Shown: positions 41,342 through 54,769 of the stretch, one piece after another
Layout: each line of letters opens with the position of its first letter
Position numbering within the stretch: position 1 is the first letter of the stretch
Assembly: GCA_951406725.2 (NCBI GenBank)
Contig: OX597837.1
Span: 2,542,001 to 2,606,000, forward strand
Origin: Octopus vulgaris
Taxonomy: Eukaryota
Length of the DNA: 64,000 nt
Reading direction: 5' to 3'
Translations under genes and position numbers: made by a program
The notes under the pieces: model-generated
Told to the model about the DNA's origin: nothing
Database searches by the model: none
Seen by the model: the letters and a program-made list of their open reading frames with translations, nothing else

Positions 41342-42239
41342 ACACACACGCGCGCAAAAATCCTGTGTGAAGATCATGCCATTATGCCACCATAGAACCA
41401 GAGAAAGAAAAATCACTGATCGAATGAGAGAACCGATTGCATTTCAATAGGAAGAAAAATACCGCAAAAAAAATGATTCCTTGATGTTTTTCACCATTTT
41501 TTTTTCATGGCTCTGCGTGTGTGTGTATATGTGTGTGTATGCGTATGTGTGTGCATGTGTGTGTGTGCATGTGTGTGTGTAGTTGTGTGTGTGTGTGTTA
41601 TTTATTGCTTTTATTGGTCTACCTTTTCTAAGAACTCTGGTTCCGTGAGTTTTAGGATTTTTGAAATGATTTCCATTTTTGTCTTTTTATTTTGTTTTTA
41701 TCTTTTATTGTGTGTGTGTGTGTGTGTGTGTTATTTTTATCTATTTTTATTCTTTGATCATATCATTATTTGTGTGTGTGTTTGTTTTCTTTAACATTCT
41801 TATCCATACTTGTATGTCTGTTTGATTTCAACGGATATTCTTTGTATCGTCTACTCTATGTACAACTACATATATACCTACACACATAGACTATCTCAGG
41901 CTTTCTCTTTGTTTCTCTCAATCATTCTCTCTTTTTTCCCAATTATTCTTTCTCTCTACTTATCTATTTCTATTTGTCTGTCTATCTACCTATCCAGCTA
42001 GCGATTTCTCCCTCTCTCTCTATATATATATATATATACATATATGTATCTAAGTATGAATAAGATTATGCACGCATGTATGTTTGCTTTAATCAACTTC
42101 TGTGCGAACATGATAGGCATATGTATTTAGAAAGATAAACAAATAAATGAATAGGTAGGTAGAAAGATATAAATGAATAGATAGGAAGAAAGTGAGAGAG
42201 AGAGGGAGAGAGAGACGGACGGACGTACAGACGAATAAG

Positions 42240-42254
42240 CAGACAGACAGATAA

Positions 42255-42335
<81 letters not shown>

Positions 42336-42338
42336 TAA

Positions 42339-42376
<38 letters not shown>

Positions 42377-42381
42377 TGACG

Positions 42382-42451
<70 letters not shown>

Positions 42452-42454
42452 TAA

Positions 42455-42508
<54 letters not shown>

Positions 42509-42513
42509 TGACG

Positions 42514-42591
<78 letters not shown>

Positions 42592-42595
42592 AAGA

Positions 42596-42635
<40 letters not shown>

Positions 42636-42638
42636 AAG

Positions 42639-42703
<65 letters not shown>
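42240..42703. repeat. Compound (GATA)n/(GACA)n array
   Basis: Directly visible. Confidence 0.95.
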
Positions 42704-42704
<1 letters not shown>

Positions 42705-42848
42705 GTTTCTTTATTGGCCACACAGGGCTGCACACAGATGGGACAAGTTACAAGGTTGAGCTTTTCTTTTGGGGGAGAAAAAAAAAAAGGTGGCGTAGGT
42801 TTTCGATCAAAAGGGATCGTAAAAGGGAAAAAAGAACAAAAAAAGAAA
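42705..42848 (-). mobile_element. LINE 3'-end fragment (Tx1-like tail) inserted in GATA repeat
   Basis: Minus strand ends ...ttgtaacttgtcccatctgtgtgcagccctgtgtggccaataaagaaa, the same tail type as 55250-55292. Confidence 0.65.
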
Positions 42849-43009
42849 ATAGATAGATAGATAGAATGTGTTTGCGTGAGACAGACAGACTGACTGACAG
42901 TCATGCAGAGAATATTGGCACCGATGGTATCAACTGATCCACTCCGCTAAAATTGCTAACCTTGTTCAAAAATTTGTAACAATTATCAAGGTTGCTGTTG
43001 CTTTTACTA

Positions 43010-43074
<65 letters not shown>

Positions 43075-43159
43075 GTTGATGCTGCTGCTGCTGCTACTAC
43101 TACTACTATTAGAGAAGACCCGAAGTAGTTTACATGTATGCTTTATCTGGCGATAGTGA

Positions 43160-43483
43160 GTTTTTATAGCCTGCTACTTATTCTATCGGTCTCTCTTGGC
43201 GAACTGCTAATTTACGGTGACGTTAACACACGAACACTGGTTGTCAAGCAGTGGCGAGAGGATGAATACACACACGCACACGCTTACACACACATACACA
43301 AACACATACACATACACACACATATACACGGTGAGATTCTTTCAGCATCCGTCTACCAAATCTGCTCACAAGGCTATAGTAGATGTTTCTTGCGTAAGGT
43401 GACACGCAGTGGGACTGAACCTGGAACCATGTGGTTGGGAAGCAAGTTTCTTACTACACAGCCACCCCTGCGCCTGTGTGTGC

Positions 43484-43516
<33 letters not shown>

Positions 43517-43650
43517 CCAGTCGATGTTATGTTCCCCTAACTTAACGACTCAGCAACAGAGATCAGGGTTTGATTTGTTCGAGTGAAACCCTTCAAGGCA
43601 ATGCCCCAGTATGGCCGCAGACTAATTTACTGAAACAAGATAAAAAAATA
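43160..43650. mobile_element. SINE family A copy (minus, 43160-43475) and family A tail (plus, about 43520-43650)
   Basis: Family A body and head on minus; gcaatgccccagtatggccgcagactaatttactgaaacaag on plus. Confidence 0.85.
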
Positions 43651-44239
43651 AACCAAAATCTTTTTTAAAATACACAAACACTATTAAAAAGCTATTGTGA
43701 GGGGGCAGAAGGTATTTTTAACTGCTATATTTAGCGGATCGAAGCTTTCCTAACATGACGGGTACTAAAACTGACATACGTTTATCGATTTTCTGCTTGA
43801 GTAGAAGTAATATTTATCAATCTTTTCATTTAGACTTTACGCCCCGCTAAGTCTTCTTTTGTTTCCCGGATTTTTAATAAACGTCTGCTATTTTGTTTTA
43901 TTTTCTGTGCTTTTGTTTTTTGGAGTTTTTTTTTTGGTGGGGGGTACTTTTTGCTGTTTTTTTTCTTTTGGTGGGCTTGTTTTCGTTTTGTTTTGTTTTG
44001 TTTATTTTTGTGGGGTTTTTTTGGCCTGTCAATGTATTTTGATGAACAGAAAGATATATATGATGACAGAGGGCGTTGTTGTTGTTGTTGCTGTTGGTGT
44101 GTTGTTGTATTTGCTGAGAATTGAACCTACAGTTGGCAGCGTGCCAGCGAGAGCCAAACTACCTGCTTGTTGCTGTATTGATTGGAAATAAATATCTATT
44201 GATAATCACAAACTGCAGAGAACAATGTGTGTGTGTGTA

Positions 44240-44299
<60 letters not shown>

Positions 44300-44849
44300 C
44301 GTGTGTGTGTGTGTTTGTGTGTGTGAGAGAGAGAGAGAGAGACAGCGTATCTGTGCGCGCGCTTGTAATAAAATGGACAGGATCATAAGAAGATAAATCC
44401 TGATATTTGCTATTGCAAATGATGATGATGACGATGATGATGGGGAGGGATGATTGTGGTACAGATGGTGGTAGTGGAGGTGTTGGCGGTGATTGTGGTA
44501 TTGCTGGTGGTCGTCGTATTGGTGGTCATGGTAGTGATGATGGTCGTCGTGGCCCAGGACGTCTTCATGGCCGTGGTGGTGGTGGTGGTGGTGGTGGTGG
44601 TGGTGATGGTGCAAGTGGTGGTGGTGGTGGCGGCGTTGATTTTTGTAGTAGTGGTGATTTTTTTTAGTTCTGATGGCGGGAGTGGCGGTGGCGATGACAT
44701 GATAATGCTGGTCGTCGTGCTGATGATGGTGATAATGGCGGCAGCGATGGTGGTGGTTATTGCTTGCGGTATTGTGATTGGCGATGGTGATAGTGACGAT
44801 GGTGTCCACTGTACCACTGGGTGGTAGCGACAATAATACTATTAATAAA

Positions 44850-45052
44850 GATTTCAAAGCTTGGCACAAGGCCTTCAATTTCGGGTCAAGGAGAAAAATC
44901 GATTACATCGACCCCAGTATTCAACTGGTACTTATTTTATCGACCACGACAGGATGAAAGGCAAAGTCGATCTCAGTGGTGTTTAAACTCCGAAAGTAAA
45001 GGCGTACAAAATGTCGCTAAGCATTTTGCCCGACGTGCTGACGTTTCTGCCT
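44850..45052 (-). mobile_element. SINE family B-related copy
   Basis: tcgattacatcgaccccagtattcaactggtacttattttatcgacc...gatgaaaggcaaagtcga. Confidence 0.85.
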
Positions 45053-45108
45053 CATGGGACCTGAAGTTTCGCGGGCTTCCTACAAAACCCTATCACACAC
45101 TTAAATAA

Positions 45109-45387
45109 TACAATAATTCCTAATACATAGGGTTAAAACAACCCACTTCCACAGATAGCTTTCCTCCTTTGTTCCGCCCAAGGGGTCTTTTAACCCAAAG
45201 TATTATTTAAGCTTACGTCGATTCCTCCGTGGTGTTGTTTTGCAGTTATAATAAAAATATATATATACAAATCATAAAAATTATTATAAAACTATACGTT
45301 AAAGTACTGTTTTTATTCGCGAATTTTCACCTATTGCGGGGGGGTCTTTTGGAACGTAACACCCACGATAGTCGAGGGATTAGTGTA
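45109..45387. mobile_element. Possible Tigger/pogo-like MITE remnant
   Basis: Right end ...ggaacgtaacacccacgatagtcgagggattagtgta recalls Tigger-type termini; weak inverted match to tacaataattcc at the left. Confidence 0.45.
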
Positions 45388-45871
45388 CTTATATCTATAT
45401 TGGCATTCAAGGTACACTGTTCATAGACGACTGTCCCACAAACACACATAAATTTGTGGGTGGGGTGTACTTTTTTATTAGTTTTTTTAATCGGCAGAAA
45501 TTTACGAAAGTGACTCGAAGTCTAAGAGATTGGTGTATTTAACTTCGAATCCAGAACCTTGTTTCTCTTCTAGAATGAATTAGAATTCAAGGGTCACACG
45601 GACTGCTCGGTCCTTCAGCTGCTTTTGCATTTTGAGCTGAAGGAAAACTAGTATGTGTGCTCATGTCTTGATTTCTTGCTCTTGTTTCTTCTAACAAACC
45701 TATACATACACAAACACACATATGCATACATACATATGTCTCTGTGTGTGCGCATGTGTGTGTATGCGTGTTACGAAAGCAAAGCAACGAACAAAAAAGG
45801 AGAGAAGACAACATGGGAAGGACAAGTTTTAACAAATCATGAGTATAACGCTTAAGATTAAGGGAAAGAAA

Positions 45872-45910
45872 GAGTCTAAGCGTTTCGGACGCTAGTCCTT
45901 CGTCGGAATG
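45872..45910 (-). ncRNA. Hammerhead-like remnant with CCGACGA core
   Basis: Minus strand: CCGACGA-a-ggac(tagc)gtcc-GAAA-cgct-UA; stem I pairs poorly. Confidence 0.45.
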
Positions 45911-46311
45911 AAGGTATCGATGACAAACGTAAGATGAAGCAGCAGAATGAGAAAATAGATGGAGGAATAAAAACCAGAGGAATGGTTAGGAATATATTGT
46001 GCATTGAGATGAGCACAAGGAGGAAGAGATGCGATTATAGGGGTGTTTTGTAAAATATAAGGATAAATAGATAGATATGCTGAGAGAGGGTGGGATAGAG
46101 GCAATTCTGCAGATAAACATATTAAATGTAGCAGCCTGGGTTTGATATACAAAATATGTATATAAGTATACAGGTGAAACAGGGAGAAAGCAAAGATTGA
46201 AAACTTTCAAGTACTGAATATTTAGGTATAAATACATAGGTATTTGTATTGATAGATCCAACTTACACAGAGTACAAAGGACAGAAAATTGAAGGGCAAC
46301 AAGCAAGGTGT

Positions 46312-46374
<63 letters not shown>

Positions 46375-46609
46375 TTGTTTTCCACCTGCCTTCGTCTTTT
46401 GTTTATTTTCATAAACGTTATATATATATACATATATATATATATAATTTAAGGATAAATATATTTTTATGAATTTCTGTTAGCTTGCTTTCCTCGTTTC
46501 GAGATGTGTAATAATATAGGTGAAAATTATTTTATGTGGTTAGACGATTTAGCGTCTATTTTTCAGCTTATTGGCAAAGAATTTTTTTTCTTTTGCCCTC
46601 ATTTATAAT

Positions 46610-46671
<62 letters not shown>

Positions 46672-46757
46672 CATATATATATATATAAAACTTAGATATC
46701 TTTCGACCAGAGATTGGTCCATGCCATGTCTAACTTAATATATATATATATATATAT

Positions 46758-47037
46758 ATCAACAATCAAGGAACGGCCATAATGGGCCATTCACCCACTA
46801 GAAATAACAGCCAAAAGCTTTAACCGCAAAATAACGTCAATTCCGTAAACCAGGAGAAAATTGAAAAACATTTACCCTGTAATTTCTTAGACGATGCACC
46901 GTCTAAGAAATTACAGGGTAAATATGTTTTTCAATTTTCTCCTGGTTTACGGAATTGACGTTATTTTGCGGTTAAAGCTTTTGGCTGTTATTTCTAGTGG
47001 GTGAATGGCCCATTATGGCCGTTCCTTGATTGTTGAT
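46758..47037. repeat. Near-perfect 280-bp palindrome
   Basis: By eye the arms are exact reverse complements except for a 2-nt indel and one mismatch near the centre (ttagacg-a-tgca-c-cgtctaa). Confidence 0.97.
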
Positions 47038-47136
47038 GTTGAACTTAAAAATGGTTTATGACTATTTAATTTTTTCCCACTAGGCCGCTGGTGGCAAAAG
47101 AATTCTACAAAATTTTTTTTTGCCACCCTATATTGA

Positions 47137-47194
<58 letters not shown>

Positions 47195-47589
47195 ATATAT
47201 ATATATACATATATATATATACATATATATATACATATAAAAGTGACATACATGAGGCTATCACGGTTGTGAAAACTCTAATTTGCATATTTATGCCCTT
47301 GATAACAATTCATCCTTAAACAATATGTATTGTGTGTATGTGCGGGAGTACGTGTGCGTGCGTATAACTGGGTAGATACGTAGTGTACTTTTATTAGTTA
47401 TGCTACGATCGAAATAAAAGTGTACTCTATACCTACAGTGGAGTACATATTTAATATAGAGTGTTATACTCCCAACTAATAATATGTCGTTACTCAGAGT
47501 CTTATAATCCTCTCCATTGCAATTCCTCAAACAGACTGGCACCTGGAACGGTTATTTTCCTCACTCTGTGTTTTCTCAGCGTTTTTCGA

Positions 47590-47725
47590 TGTTTTCTTGA
47601 CTTCCGGTCTGTCACGTGCACAGGATGATTGTCTACGGATTTCCGGTGGTTCGGCTGTTTACGTTTCATCGGGCACGAGAGATCTGTTGACATTAGCGGA
47701 TTAAATCTTGTCCGCCATATTGGTG
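47590..47725. promoter_or_regulatory. Candidate promoter or enhancer: ETS x2, E-box, YY1-like motif
   Basis: acttccggt (47600-47608), gtcacgtgc (47611-47619), atttccggt (47639-47647) and ccgccatatt (47712-47721) in a locally CpG-rich non-repetitive island. Confidence 0.4.
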
Positions 47726-47752
47726 CTTAGAATGTGTGCGAGTGAGTGTGTT

Positions 47753-47795
<43 letters not shown>

Positions 47796-47838
47796 CTGTG
47801 CATGTATTAATGTGAACGCATTTATAAATACATATATG

Positions 47839-47888
<50 letters not shown>

Positions 47889-48082
47889 GCATACATACAT
47901 ACATACATACACACATACATACATACATACATACATATGCGCTTATATATATGCGTGTATATCTGTGTATATTTAAGCATATATACTTATGTATACATAT
48001 GTAACTGTTCATAAGTACATCAGACATGTACGTTTTATTAATTGAAATCTTTTATTTCTGTTATAGGTGTGTTTCTATAGCG

Positions 48083-48113
<31 letters not shown>

Positions 48114-48446
48114 AGATACGTGTGTGCATTGCTTATATCAATACATACATACATACAAACATACATACATACATACATACATACATACATACATACGAAT
48201 GCTGGCGACCAATTTATATTCATGGTAGATTGTGTTTATATTCTTATATACGCCTCCCTCCCTCCCTCCCTCCCTATATAGATATGTACACGTGTGTGTT
48301 TGTCCGTGTGTCTGTATGTGTTTGCATGTATGTGCATGTATATGTATATATAACACACACATACATACATATATATATATGTACGTATGTTTGTATGTAT
48401 GTATGCATATGAATGTATATATGTATACACCAATACTTAAATATAA

Positions 48447-48558
<112 letters not shown>

Positions 48559-48833
48559 TATATATGGATATATATAATATATATAGTATATATATAAGTA
48601 TATATATATAAATATACATACGCGAGTATGTATGCGCTTACGTATGTGTGTGAGTTGGTGCGAATGTGTATGCTTAGTGTGTGTTTATGTATGTGTATGT
48701 GCCTATGCGTAACATGTGTGTGCCTGTGTGAATGCAGATGTGTGTGTTTGCATGTGTGTGAATGTCTGTGTGTGTGTGTGTATGTGTGTGCATGTGCGTG
48801 CCTCTGTATGTGTGCGTGTGTGTGTGTATGTGG

Positions 48834-48919
<86 letters not shown>

Positions 48920-49551
48920 CTACCTTTCAGGTATGCAGTGTGACGAAAGTTGATTACTCAAAGACGAATGGTTTGCGTTGCTATGGTAACATCGGAAATA
49001 AATAGCGATTCTAAGAAACGTGGGTGGGGTGGTGGTTTGCAAAGGCAAATCGATACGGGTGTGGCAGATGTGGGTGGGGATGGGATGGCTAGTTGTGAGA
49101 GAAGGAGGAGGAGGAGGAGGATGTATGTTGGGGGTGGATACAAAAAGAAATATTGATGATAGGTGCACGTATGGTGGTGGTGGTGGTGGTCGTGGTGGTG
49201 GTGGTGGTGGTGGTGGTGGTGGTGGTGGTGGCGGTGGCGGTGGTGGTGGTGATGGTGGTGGTGGTGGTGGTGGCGGTGGTGGTGGTGGTGGTGGTGGTGG
49301 TGCTGATGGTGGCGGCAGTGGCGGTCGTGGTTGTGACTGGTGCTGGTGGTGTGCCAATAGGTAGCGTGAATGTGCTGTGTTTTATGGTTGCAATGGTGCG
49401 GGGGCTTCGATGATGTGGAGGAGAGCAATAACGTTGATGAAGAGATAGAAAGATAGATAGACAGATAGAGAGATAGAGAGAGAAAGAGAGAAAGAGAAAA
49501 GAGAGAAATAGAGAGGGTGAGAAAATAGAGAGAGAGAAAATAGAGACAGAC

Positions 49552-49590
<39 letters not shown>

Positions 49591-50112
49591 CAGACAGACA
49601 GGTAGACAGACAGAAAGATAGACAGTTAGAGAGAGAGGGGGTGGGAGAGAGAGAGAAGTAGGTAGGTAAATTGATTAATTCTCTGTGAGTGGAGGGTGGA
49701 AGCGATAGACCAATATTTTAACCGAAGAGATGAGACCTCGTATTACCCCACCGCCACCGCCACCACCACTACCACCATCGCTACCACCGCTGCCACCACA
49801 AAACACCACCTCTGGAGAATAAGCACATCACCACAGCAATATGTTATTTCTTATGATGCAGATGGTGGAGTTGGTGGCGCCGGTGGTGGCAGCAGCGGTT
49901 TGAATATCGTATGTGTCTGCTATAGAAGGGGCGGTAACTATGCCGAATAGCCTGTTCCTCTATACTATGGTGCATCAGAAAGAGTTTTTCTTTTTTCTAT
50001 CTATCTATTTTTCTATCTATCTATCTATCAAAAATTCTACATTGTATTGTCCCCTCTGTATTCGGCCCTGCGTAGCTTAATAAAGAAATCTACCTATTTG
50101 TCTTTCTCTATT

Positions 50113-50145
<33 letters not shown>

Positions 50146-50279
50146 GTCTTTCTCTTTTTCTCTTTCTCTGTATTTATGTACATATTTTATAGATATATAC
50201 ATAGGTATATATCTATACACACATATAGGCTGTAAATATACATATACATTGTAAAGATAGATAGATAGATGGATAGATG

Positions 50280-50358
<79 letters not shown>

Positions 50359-50360
50359 CT

Positions 50361-50592
50361 GTTTCTTTACTACCCACAAGGGGCTAAACATAGAGGGGAC
50401 AAACAAGAACAGACAAACGAATTTAAGTCGATTATATCGACCCCAGTGCGTAACTGGTACTTAATTTATCGACTCCGAAAGGATGAAAGGCAAAGTCGAC
50501 CTCGGCGGAATTTGAACTCGGAACGTAACTGTAGACGAAATACGGCTACGCATTTCGCCCGGCGTGCTAACGGTTCTGCCAGCTCGCCGCCT
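50361..50592 (-). mobile_element. SINE family B, full length, inserted in GATA repeat
   Basis: Reverse complement of the 37727 copy from tail (tttctttactacccacaagggg) to head (ctgccagctcgccgcc). Confidence 0.95.
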
Positions 50593-50734
50593 AGATAGAT
50601 AAATACATGTGTGGGAAATGTCTATGTCTGCGTGTGCATGTTATTTGTAGCAAACTACTGAAAGTTTCATGCTATGGGGAAGGTGTCAGGTCCCGCTCGG
50701 CTGTTCAAACAGCAGCCATCTTCTCGGTACACTT

Positions 50735-51075
50735 CGTAGAGCTGTTTATTGACTTAAGGAAAACTTTTGATGCTGTCCTGTAAGGTGATAAACATCAAAT
50801 TCTTCTCACATGCGGTGTACCTCGACTTGTAGTAGCAATAATGATGCCTTAGAAAACCACTGTAGCTAAAATATGATAAGCTGAAGGAGACATTGATTTC
50901 ATATCAGTGTCAGCGCCATGCTCTCTATATATCTCATGCCTGGCACTTCAACGTCCTTGACACTTCAACTTACAAAATTAAATAATTCGGCTTCGCTCTC
51001 AGAAAATTCTCTTTCTCTTGTTACGCAGCCGCAACAAAAACAGACACGTATTATGCCAATGATATCACTCTTTCA
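50735..51075 (+). mobile_element. Degraded RTE-like reverse transcriptase fragment
   Basis: LFIDLRKTFDAVL*GDKHQILLTCGVPRLVVAIMM...AEGDIDF...FGFALRK...TDTYYANDITL, matching LFIDF.KAFDS...ILLAYG.P...DGDTDFF...TD.DYADDI.L. Confidence 0.85.
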
Positions 51076-52046
51076 TGTGGCCTTGAGAAACCGGTAGAAG
51101 ATATTTATCCGTGTGTCAATTTCCAGAGCTTGGAAAATGCATAACACAGCCTCTGGAGTGAGTTTCGAACTCTGTTCAGAAATTTAGAAGGTAAATAGAT
51201 TTGCTCCTTAAATTACCACTGGTCAGGAGTGGTAGTACGTAACAATAGCCACTTTAGTGGATCAAATAGCAGGTGCTTCTGTGGCTGAAGTATGCAGGAA
51301 AAAAAGGTAAGCTGGTCCCTAGACATGTGTTCCACAGCCAACTGGTTTGTGAATATACTTTGGTGTCACTTGAATCAGAAGTCCTGTTTTCTTGTCTCAA
51401 GGATAAGCTCGACTAAGCGGGAGACTAACTGAGGAATTGTAAATTAAGCGGGAAAAACAACAACGGGGGAAACTGTTGTGTTTCCGAAGGAGAATCTCGA
51501 ATCTCTATTCTTTAACATAATGGCCGATTCTTGCCGGCATGGCATTTGAAGAAAGAAGAGAGAGAAAAAATTCCTCAAAGTCTGCTACCACCAGGACAGC
51601 TCAATAAACACAAACAAATAAAACTATCAAAAATTTGTAGACTCTTTTCTATGTTTAAGAAATAGCATCTCGACCACAAAAACCTTCCATGTCCACCTCT
51701 GTATGGACACGGGATGTTTGCCAATTTGACCCGCCGAATACTATTCTATGGGATCGTGATGGAGGACATGGTGGAACCAGGTAAATATACATATATATTG
51801 TAAAGATAGATAAATAGATAGATAGATATGTATATATGCGTGTATAGAGATATACCTATGTATATATATTTAAAAATATGTAGATATATACAGAGAAAGA
51901 GAGAAAGAGGGAGAGAGAAAGACAAAGGAAGTTAGATAGAAAGAGATAGATTTCTTTATTAAGCTACACAGGTTATACCCGAGTAAACTCGACTAAATGG
52001 TGATGATGATGATGATGATGATGATGATGACGACGACGACGACGAC

Positions 52047-52084
<38 letters not shown>

Positions 52085-52114
52085 CGATGACGACTATGAC
52101 GACGATGACGACGA

Positions 52115-52214
<100 letters not shown>

Positions 52215-52227
52215 GCTATTGATGCTG

Positions 52228-52510
52228 ATGGGGTGGTATTGAACGCAATGCTCCGATGACAATATGGATCACTTTTATGTTCGACTCTCGCATCTTAGCG
52301 ATCTCAATTCTCAGGTCTCCATATTTATCCACCTTTTCTCCTTCTTTCATGATGATATGCTGATCTCCTGGAACTGCCACGTCAATTATTAGGCATTCTT
52401 GTTTGTCCCTCCTAAAGGTTACTATATCCGGCCTTTGGTGCTCTAACACTTTGTCTATCTGGAAATCAAAGTCCCAGGGGATTTATTGCCTTCCCCTTTT
52501 AGTCCATCAC
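52228..52510 (-). mobile_element. R4/Dong-like non-LTR retrotransposon fragment, restriction-like endonuclease domain
   Basis: WDFDFQIDKVLEHQRPDIVTFRRDKQECLIIDVAVPGDQHIIMKEGEKVDKYGDLRIEIAKM...KVIHIVIGALRSIP, with the RPD...DV...K..KY..L...GA.G motif. Confidence 0.9.
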
Positions 52511-53773
<1,263 letters not shown>

Positions 53774-54232
53774 AGTGAGAGAGCAGTGCATGCCATCAAA
53801 GTGATACTGGAGTAAAATATACGAAGCCCAGTACACCCATCATGACTACCCGACTGAATAGGGTACACCAGGCACATGCATCACAACCATATGTGCATGA
53901 CATGGTGGCCTTATATCATGACCTTGCAGGTGGAGCACAGTTACAATTTTCTTCTGGTCGAGTAGCTCATCTCACACAAAAGGCCCCTGGATAAGGGTTT
54001 TTTAAGGATGTTGAACGAACCACCCATGTTTACAAAGGTGAATTATCCAAACCTCTAAGAATTCCTCTCAACACATGGCTATGATGCTCCCCGACTACTT
54101 CTGCTCATGATCAGAGATACACATATCGTCAGCTACCAAGGGACATGCTCAAATAGTTAAGGTCAAGCAATTGACAAGCAAATCTATGGTACTGGGCAGA
54201 ATGTTTGCTGTAGCTCATCATTTATACCAAGG

Positions 54233-54233
<1 letters not shown>
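53774..54233. mobile_element. About 460-bp non-coding insert cleanly bounded by (TTA)n, probable interspersed repeat
   Basis: Sharp boundaries with TTA arrays on both sides and no ORF. It resembles a repeat I recall from octopus DNA but is single-copy in this window. Confidence 0.5.
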
Positions 54234-54304
<71 letters not shown>

Positions 54305-54740
54305 TTCTCATTATCACAGGTTTCGTTGGAGCTCCTGGTATCTTGCATGCGCAGTGGGTTTACTACCTGCAGCCTACAGTACCATGCTATCCGTTCTTTT
54401 CAGCTCTCTAATACTTTCCTGATTATTCTGCCGTGCCAAGGAAGCAAACCTTTTGTAACAATTCTACTGGGCGCTCTATTGCAATTTCCTTTATATTCCT
54501 CTTAATGCCTTATGATATTGTTCCCAAGGACCCAACAATAATTGCCACTATCTACACCTTCTTCATTCTCCATAGCCGAGCTATTTCGTACTTAAGAGGA
54601 TTGTATCTATCTGTCTTATCGTTTCCCTTCTTGGCTATTTGCCGGTCAAATGAGCATGCAACATCAACTATATAGCGTATGTGGTGCACCTTGTCCACCA
54701 CCACTAGATCCGGTCTGTTATGCTCCAGCACCTGATCATT
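54305..54740 (-). mobile_element. Second R4/Dong-like element 3' end (RLE domain, 3' UTR, running into (TAA)n)
   Basis: DQVLEHNRPDLVVVDKVHHIRYIVDVACSFDRQIAKKGNDKTDRYNPLKYEIARLWRMKKV*IVAIIVGSLGTIS...LLQKVCFLGTA. Confidence 0.9.
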
Positions 54741-54769
54741 AATTATTATCACTGCTTATTGGTAGTACC

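Noticed and set aside
45611-45644. 10-bp hairpin tccttcagct/agctgaagga, and imperfect hairpins at about 32513-32570 and 40513-40558, as pre-miRNA candidates
   Set aside because: Stems are too short or irregular, and there is no match to conserved miRNAs I recognise.
47502-47693. 63-aa basic ORF MSTDLSCPMKRKQPNHRKS...
   Set aside because: No recognisable homology and no convincing splice donor; the region reads better as regulatory sequence.
51660-51786. Possible exon ending CCAG/GTAAAT
   Set aside because: The GTAAAT is the start of the locally duplicated 31-mer, and the peptide is unrecognisable.
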